DNA of 20,418 nucleotides from a virus: UHGV virus genome UHGV-0101751; one strand, 5' to 3'. Shown piece by piece: positions 14,958 to 20,418 of this stretch (position 1 is its first letter; each line of letters starts with the position of its first letter). The notes under the pieces were generated by a model. It saw only the letters and a program-made list of their open reading frames with translations, ran no database searches and was not told where the DNA came from. The position numbers and the translations under genes were made by a program.

Positions 14958-16280
14958 ATGGAAAAACTGATCGCCCTAAAGCACAAGCTGGATGCTATTA
15001 AAACGATGGGAACCAACGCCAAGAAAGAGGCGCTGGCCAATCTGGATGAATTTGAACAGAGCATGGTTTCGCTAATGCTCAATCCATTCATTCGATTCGG
15101 TGTGAAGAAGTACAAAGTGGCCGAGCCACTCGATACTTCCGTACCCAGCGACCAGAAGGTAGTAGATCTGCTGGAGAAGCTGGCAGCGCGCGAACTGACC
15201 GGGAACATCGCTATTGCTGCTGTCGAATCACTCGTTGCCTCGATGTGCGCTGACGGGCAGGACGTGTTTCGTCGCTTCCTGCTGAAAGATCCGAAAGCCG
15301 GTGTCGGCATCAGCCTGTGCAACAAGGTGTTCGAAAACCCAATTCCGAAGTTTGAGGTACAGCTGGCGTCTCCGTACAAGGAGAAAGGCGACAAATACCC
15401 ATTTAAACCAAATCCCAAGGCCAAGTGGCCAATGATCGGCAGCCTCAAACTCGATGGTCTCCGGGTTATCTGCGAAGTCATCGTGGACGAGGGTGAGGTC
15501 AATTTCCTGACGCGCACCGGCAATCCGATTACGTCACTCGATCACCTTAAACCAGCCATGCTGGAGCGGGGCAGACTCTCCGGCTTCAATCACATCTTCT
15601 TCGATGGAGAGGGCACTGCAGGTACATTCAACCAGTCAGTGTCGGCGCTTCGTAAGAAGAACGTGAAAGCCATTGGTGCCGTTTACCACATTTTCGATTT
15701 CTTCTTACCGGAGTGGCGTGCTCAAGCAAAAAGCAAAGAGTACCTGAAGACCGGTATGAAGCTGAAAGAGCGCCTGGCTATGCTGGTGGCGTTGTTCCGC
15801 AACACTTGCGTGGAAGATTATGCGCAAGATATCCACCTTCATCCGTTCTACATCATCCATAGCCACGAAGATTTCATCGAACGTTTCATGAAGCGACTGG
15901 ACGAGAATGAAGAGGGAGAGATGGGCAAAGATCCGGATTCAGTTTACGAGTTCAAACGTACCCGCAGCTGGTGGAAGCTGAAAGACGAGGATTCAGAAGA
16001 CGGTGAAATCATCGACTTCGAGCCTGGCGATCCGGATTCTGGATTTGCGCATACGCTAGGCAAGATAGTGATTCGTCTGGAGAACGGCGTCATCGTTCGT
16101 GCCAGCGGTATCAAGCATAAATACCTGGATGAAATCTGGAACAATCAGGAGAAGTATCGTGGACGCATCGTTGAGGTTCACTGCCATGAGAAAACGCCAG
16201 ATGGTAGCTTGCGTCATCCACGTCTGAAGTGGCCTAAATGTCTTCGAGATACCGAAGATCGTATTGGAGATAAAGAATGA
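14958..16280 (+). CDS. ATP-dependent DNA ligase (440 aa)
   Basis: Adenylation motif I KLDGLR, motif III FFDGEG, motif IV EGEMGK and motif V WWKLK in the expected order; GGAGG Shine-Dalgarno. Confidence 0.85.
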   Translation: MEKLIALKHKLDAIKTMGTNAKKEALANLDEFEQSMVSLMLNPFIRFGVKKYKVAEPLDTSVPSDQKVVDLLEKLAARELTGNIAIAAVESLVASMCADGQDVFRRFLLKDPKAGVGISLCNKVFENPIPKFEVQLASPYKEKGDKYPFKPNPKAKWPMIGSLKLDGLRVICEVIVDEGEVNFLTRTGNPITSLDHLKPAMLERGRLSGFNHIFFDGEGTAGTFNQSVSALRKKNVKAIGAVYHIFDFFLPEWRAQAKSKEYLKTGMKLKERLAMLVALFRNTCVEDYAQDIHLHPFYIIHSHEDFIERFMKRLDENEEGEMGKDPDSVYEFKRTRSWWKLKDEDSEDGEIIDFEPGDPDSGFAHTLGKIVIRLENGVIVRASGIKHKYLDEIWNNQEKYRGRIVEVHCHEKTPDGSLRHPRLKWPKCLRDTEDRIGDKE

Positions 16281-16456
16281 TGCTCGGCTGGATGTTTGTA
16301 TTTTTAGTCGTCGGCATTGTTATCGGAAGTCTGGTTATGTCCAGCTGTATCCACGATTACGTAAAAGCCGGTGTCATGCAAAGGCGAGGTCGTATTTATC
16401 GCATAGTAGATATCACGGACACACTGAAGGAGATTAAGGATGATCATGTTAAGTAA
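16277..16456 (+). CDS. Small single-pass membrane protein (59 aa), not in the supplied ORF track
   Basis: ATG overlaps the ligase stop. Translation MMLGWMFVFLVVGIVIGSLVMSSCIHDYVKAGVMQRRGRIYRIVDITDTLKEIKDDHVK was read by hand. Confidence 0.4.
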   Translation: MMLGWMFVFLVVGIVIGSLVMSSCIHDYVKAGVMQRRGRIYRIVDITDTLKEIKDDHVK

Positions 16457-16652
16457 ACGAGAGAAGGAAACCCTGCGTGAAATTAGCAAGTGGAAGGAGT
16501 TCTATGCCAACTGGAAGCCGAAGACCAGAGCCAAACTGGAGCGCATGAATCTTGTCGCCAACGTTTCTCCAAAGGGATGTATTGAGAACTATCAACTGAC
16601 TGAAAAAGGTTATTTGTTGTTGCAGCAATTGACTGAGGCGGGGGCGCACTGA
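16440..16652 (+). CDS. Hypothetical small soluble protein (70 aa)
   Basis: Overlaps the end of the previous small gene and is followed by an ATGA-type overlap with the next; charged, helix-rich. Confidence 0.4.
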   Translation: MIMLSKREKETLREISKWKEFYANWKPKTRAKLERMNLVANVSPKGCIENYQLTEKGYLLLQQLTEAGAH

Positions 16653-16804
16653 TGATTCCATACATCATTTTATCTTTTACTGGTGGCGTGGGCCTCGGCC
16701 TCGCAATCTGCCGCGCCCTGGTCCAGCAGGAACTGCAAACCAAAACACTTCGTGTCGGTAAGCGTGTGTATCGGGTTGTTCACGAGACGGGAGTGCGAAA
16801 ATGA
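16652..16804 (+). CDS. Small single-pass membrane protein (50 aa), paralog of 16277-16456
   Basis: Translated by hand as MIPYIILSFTGGVGLGLAICRALVQQELQTKTLRVGKRVYRVVHETGVRK. It shares transmembrane helix plus R-x-G-K/R-x-Y-R-x-V tail with the 16277 product. Confidence 0.4.
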   Translation: MIPYIILSFTGGVGLGLAICRALVQQELQTKTLRVGKRVYRVVHETGVRK

Positions 16805-17106
16805 GCAATTTGACTTCCTTCGACTGGTGGCTGGCAACCTACCTTGTGGCGGCCGGCTTCGGATTTGCCTTTTACGTTGGTCAGTTAATCGTAAAGCTAC
16901 TGCTGATCAGATTCGCCAGCCATAAACGCATAGACGACGGTCTGTGGCGTCTGGGGTCCCTGTTAGAGACGCATTACGGCGAACTCAAGGAAAACGAAAC
17001 TATCACTATTCAAGCGAAGCGTTTTACCGCCATCATCACGAGAACTCCGGAACAAAAGGGGAGCCTGATCAAAAAGATAGCAACTAAACGCATCACAGAT
17101 AGATAA
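16801..17106 (+). CDS. Membrane protein (101 aa)
   Basis: N-terminal transmembrane helix (WWLATYLVAAGFGFAFYVGQLIV); start overlaps the previous stop (ATGA). Confidence 0.5.
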   Translation: MSNLTSFDWWLATYLVAAGFGFAFYVGQLIVKLLLIRFASHKRIDDGLWRLGSLLETHYGELKENETITIQAKRFTAIITRTPEQKGSLIKKIATKRITDR

Positions 17107-17124
17107 GTATTTACTTACTTATCT
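17101..17124. repeat. AT-rich palindrome AGATAAGTA-TTTACT-TACTTATCT
   Basis: Perfect 9-bp arms overlapping the stop codon of the 16801 gene; member of the TAAGT/ACTTA palindrome family. Confidence 0.8.
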
Positions 17125-17448
17125 AATATGTATAAGATCACTTTGTTTTCGTTGAGATGCGACTGTTTGAACGTTAAATATAACTGCAAACGAAGATGCA
17201 TACCTGGCAGTAGCCTAAGAAGCCAAACACCAGCGAGGTCAGTTTCCAGCCTCGTCACCAAAATGGGACACACTGAGCGAGTGTGATTGCAGAACGCAGA
17301 ATAGGGCATATTGCACCATCCATGCCCTATTCAATGAAGTAACAGAATGGGCGGTTGGTTTCATCATTCCATTCACCCATCCCGGTTTCAGCTGACCGTC
17401 CATTCTGTTACGTCATTTCCATTACTTATGTCGTTTATACTTGGGTTA

Positions 17449-17486
17449 GGGGTTTGAGGGCCAATGATGTAAAAAACCACGCTAAG
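17449..17486 (-). repeat. Tn3-family 38-bp terminal inverted repeat
   Basis: GGGGTTTGAGGGCCAATGATGTAAAAAACCACGCTAAG begins with the Tn3-family GGGG and ends ACGCTAAG. The tnpA stop codon lies inside it, as in Tn3-family elements. Confidence 0.75.
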
Positions 17487-20364
17487 GAGGTAATTCATTG
17501 TTTAAATTGAGATTTAACGGCCTCAATTCCCCCTTCATAATATCCTCCGGTAGTGTGAACGTATAATGTCCCAGCATGTTGATATGACCATGCATCAGAG
17601 GCGAAAGCCGCGCGATATGTTCATCTTCTGGCCCTTCCCCAGTGCTACGCAGGTGCGACAAGGCTTCCTGCATATAAAGCGTATTCCACAGCACCACTGC
17701 GTTTGTCACCAGACCCAGCGCACCCAACTGATCTTCCTGCCCCTCGCGGTAACGTTTTCTGATCTCACCACGCTGACCGTAGCAAATGGCTCTTGCCACG
17801 GCATGGCGACCTTCGCCCCGGTTAAGCTGTGTTAGGATCCTGCGGCGATAGTCCTCATCATCAATATAGTTGAGAAGATACAGTGTCTTGTTAACTCTTC
17901 CGACCTCCATTATTGCCTGAGCAAGCCCTGACGGTCGGGTACTTCTCAATAGCGATCGAATGAGTTCTGACGCATGAATTGTGCCCAGCTTCAGCGAACC
18001 TGCAACCCGCATCATCTCATCCCAGTGGCTTTCGATTTTAGAAAGGTCAACACAACCCCGAGCCAGTTCGTCCAACGCCCCGTAATTCGCTGCTTTGTCA
18101 GCCCGCCAGAACACCGCCTCACCAGCATCCGCCAGACGAGGTGAAAATTGGTATCCCAGTAGCCAGAACAAGCCAAAGATAATGTCACTGGTACCTGCTG
18201 TGTCCGTCATGATTTCAACCGGGTTTAGTCCCGTTTGTTGCTCAAGTAGTCCCTCCAGCACAAAAATGGAATCCCGCAGCGTTCCAGGGATCACTATGCC
18301 ATGAAAACCCGAATATTGGTCAGAGACAAAGTTGTACCAGGTAATGCCGCGCCCTGAACCAAAGTATTTTCTGTTGGGGCCAGAATTCACCGTTTTCACT
18401 GGTGTGACAAAACGCATACCATCAGCGGAGGCCACCTCACCGCCACCCCAGTATCCTGCCAACGCTAACGAGGACTGAAAATCAACCAGCCGCGCATTGG
18501 CGCTGACCAGCGTTTCTGCTCGGATGTAGTTCTGTTTCACCCAGCTCAGGCGATGGCGGGTCAGTGCAGGGATATTGTGCTTGATCAGCGGCTCATGTCC
18601 GATATTGCAGGCCTCAGCCAGCATCACCGCACACAGGCTTATATGCAGATCCTGCGCGCGGGCACCTGACTCGCTGACATGGCTGAATTCACGGGTGAAA
18701 CCCGTTCTGGCGTCAATCTCAAGCAACAGTTCTGTCAGGTCAACGGGTGGGAGCAATTGTCTGACTCGGCTGCTCAGTCGTATCAGCGCCGGTGGCTCAT
18801 CCAATTTATCCAGGCTGCTGATGGTCAGCGAAGGATGTTTACCTTCATTGCAGATGTCTACGGCGGTATTGCGGTCAAAACGTGATGCCACCGTTTTCCA
18901 GGTTTCATCCAACCGTGCTGCCAATTGCACCGATGCTTTACTGCCATTGGTGGGGTGACCCAATGCCCGGCACACTGGAACCCGCTGCGCCTGCCATTCC
19001 TCCCCCTGAAGAAGTTTTTGGCGCGGATCACCCCAACGATCGCTGTTTTCCAACCAGATGTCACGACGGCGTAGCGCATCCTGAAGTCGCTCCAGCAGAC
19101 ACAACGAGTAACCCGCTCGCTGTATCCGACCTTCAGCATCGTACACCAGGCGTTTCCAAGGGCCTGAAATGATATGCTCAGGTGCATCGTCCAGGATCCG
19201 TTTTTTCGAGCCGTTTAGCTCTGCCAGGTAATGGATGGCCGCGAGGGTATGTTCACCGTCTGGGGCCGCCCGGAAGTGCAGATCGCGCAGTAGTGCGGGC
19301 AAAAAACGCCTTACCCGTCCGTACTGCTCCACCATTTCATCCTGAAAGTTTGTATCCTGGGGGCGGGCCAGTTCATTCACTTTTTCCACTGACTCTGCCA
19401 GTCTGGCGACAGGTACACTGCTGAATATGGTCTTTCGCAGCAAATCATCACCAGTATCTTCATCAAGTAAAAGTGCACATGCCCGCGCCAGCAACAACGC
19501 CGCACGGTCAAGATCCTTGAGCGTCCTAAGTCGCTTTTTCTGCCCGGTTTTCTTCGCCTCCCTGGTAATATTGAGGATCAGCATATCCAGCACGTCAACG
19601 GCCTCGTCCAGCGCCGAGATTTCTTGCGCTTTCACGAACGCGGTAAGGATAGCCAGCCGCCGTTCTTCTGGCATTCTGCTGATATATTTCACCGATGCCA
19701 TTCCGGCATAGCGTGCCAGGTTGCGGAGCTGTATGGCAGGCAGCCCAGTGAAATTCAGGCAGGAAAATTCCAGGCTGCGCAGGCGAGTGTAACGTTCAAG
19801 TGCTTCAGTGAATGCGGGGCCGCTGATAGTGACAGGGCCTCTTTTTAGGTGCTCCATCACTGAGAGTCGCTGTCCTTCGGGGATTTCAAGTAACCCAGCC
19901 AGTTGTGCGGCCTGCCAACGGTTTGGCAGCGCGGCCAATTTTCGCCATAAGCGGCGGGTCGCACGCTCACGGATTTCACCAATGACCCTCGTAAGGGTGG
20001 ATGCGGCTGGCAACAACACTTTATTTTGAAGCAACCACGCGGTGGCAAAATCGAACATCAGTCCGGGGCGTTCATTACTGAGCCATGCACGAGTATACAG
20101 CAATCGCTTCAGTCTGAACGACCACGGGAAATCACCGAAATCATGATAGCTGTAGTGCTGCCTGATAAGCCCGTGGTGCTCCCAACGTGTATTTTCCCTT
20201 TGAGCATAGCGGGAGATGATCTCTGGATAGCGGATGTTAAGTTGCCTTGCGACATAAAACTGGACACCGGGCGGTATTTGCATGAGATCGGGCAAGAAGG
20301 TTCCCAGAAAGCGGGCGGTTGTGAGTTGAAGGGCAATCCCCAACCGGTTATGCCTGCCCCTATG
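17482..20364 (-). pseudogene. tnpA: Tn3-family transposase gene, 5'-truncated by IS26
   Basis: The translation resembles Tn3 TnpA as I recall it. The in-frame coding sequence continues upstream of the track ORF start to the IS26 boundary at 20364 with no native start codon, so roughly the first 40 codons are missing. Confidence 0.85.
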
Positions 20365-20418
20365 GGCACTGTTGCAAAGTTAGCGATGAGGCAGCCTTTT
20401 GTCTTATTCAAAGGCCTT
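20365..20418 (-). mobile_element. IS26 right-end fragment in inverted orientation; the IS body lies downstream of the window
   Basis: Exact reverse complement of positions 1-54, starting with the 14-bp IR GGCACTGTTGCAAA. Confidence 0.85.

Noticed and set aside
14948-15523. Antisense ORF (191 aa) opposite the DNA ligase
   Set aside because: The ligase frame carries the ordered adenylation motifs; the antisense ORF is Ser-rich low-complexity.
17339-17411. 73-nt inverted-repeat-bounded element as a tRNA gene
   Set aside because: The terminal stem is 12-17 bp, far too long for an acceptor stem, and there is no GTTCRANYC T-loop or plausible D- or anticodon-arm spacing.
1-20418. The 55-bp perfect terminal inverted repeat as the ends of one 20-kb Tn3-family transposon
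   Set aside because: The termini match IS26, not a Tn3-family repeat, and they interrupt the tnpA frame; the genuine Tn3-family repeat is internal at 17449-17486. The 55th matching base is probably chance identity of one flanking nucleotide.
1-20418. CRISPR arrays, rRNA or tRNA genes, integrase or att sites
   Set aside because: No evenly spaced direct repeats, no rRNA- or tRNA-like conserved blocks, and no tyrosine or serine recombinase motifs were seen in any frame.

Overview
This window is a 20.3-kb segment bracketed by inverted partial copies of IS26; only the terminal 54 bp of each copy lies inside the window (1-54 and 20365-20418). The interior (55-17448) reads as a mosaic phage-plasmid-like block, not housekeeping chromosome. 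In order it carries: a divergent pair of operons (an SF2 helicase with a small coupled partner on the minus strand, and a ParB/Srx-like nuclease-domain gene with an overlapping downstream ORF on the plus strand); a packaging module (small terminase, large terminase, portal); a probable overlapping spanin pair; an AT-rich GNAT/DUF1778 toxin-antitoxin cassette (TacT/AtaT-like); a small-ParA partition pair; an AT-rich GIY-YIG endonuclease gene; a replication block (DnaB-like helicase, zinc-ribbon protein, ATP-dependent DNA ligase); and a cluster of tiny translationally coupled membrane proteins. No integrase, capsid or tail genes are present. At 17449 a Tn3-family 38-bp inverted repeat begins a tnpA gene on the minus strand whose 5' end is cut by the right-hand IS26. 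Intergenic regions carry two recurring palindromic motif families and a duplicated hairpin module that look like a shared regulatory code; this is the part I consider most likely to be undescribed. All product calls rest on motif recognition by eye and on remembered family sequences; no database search or computation was run, and GC statements are eyeball estimates.
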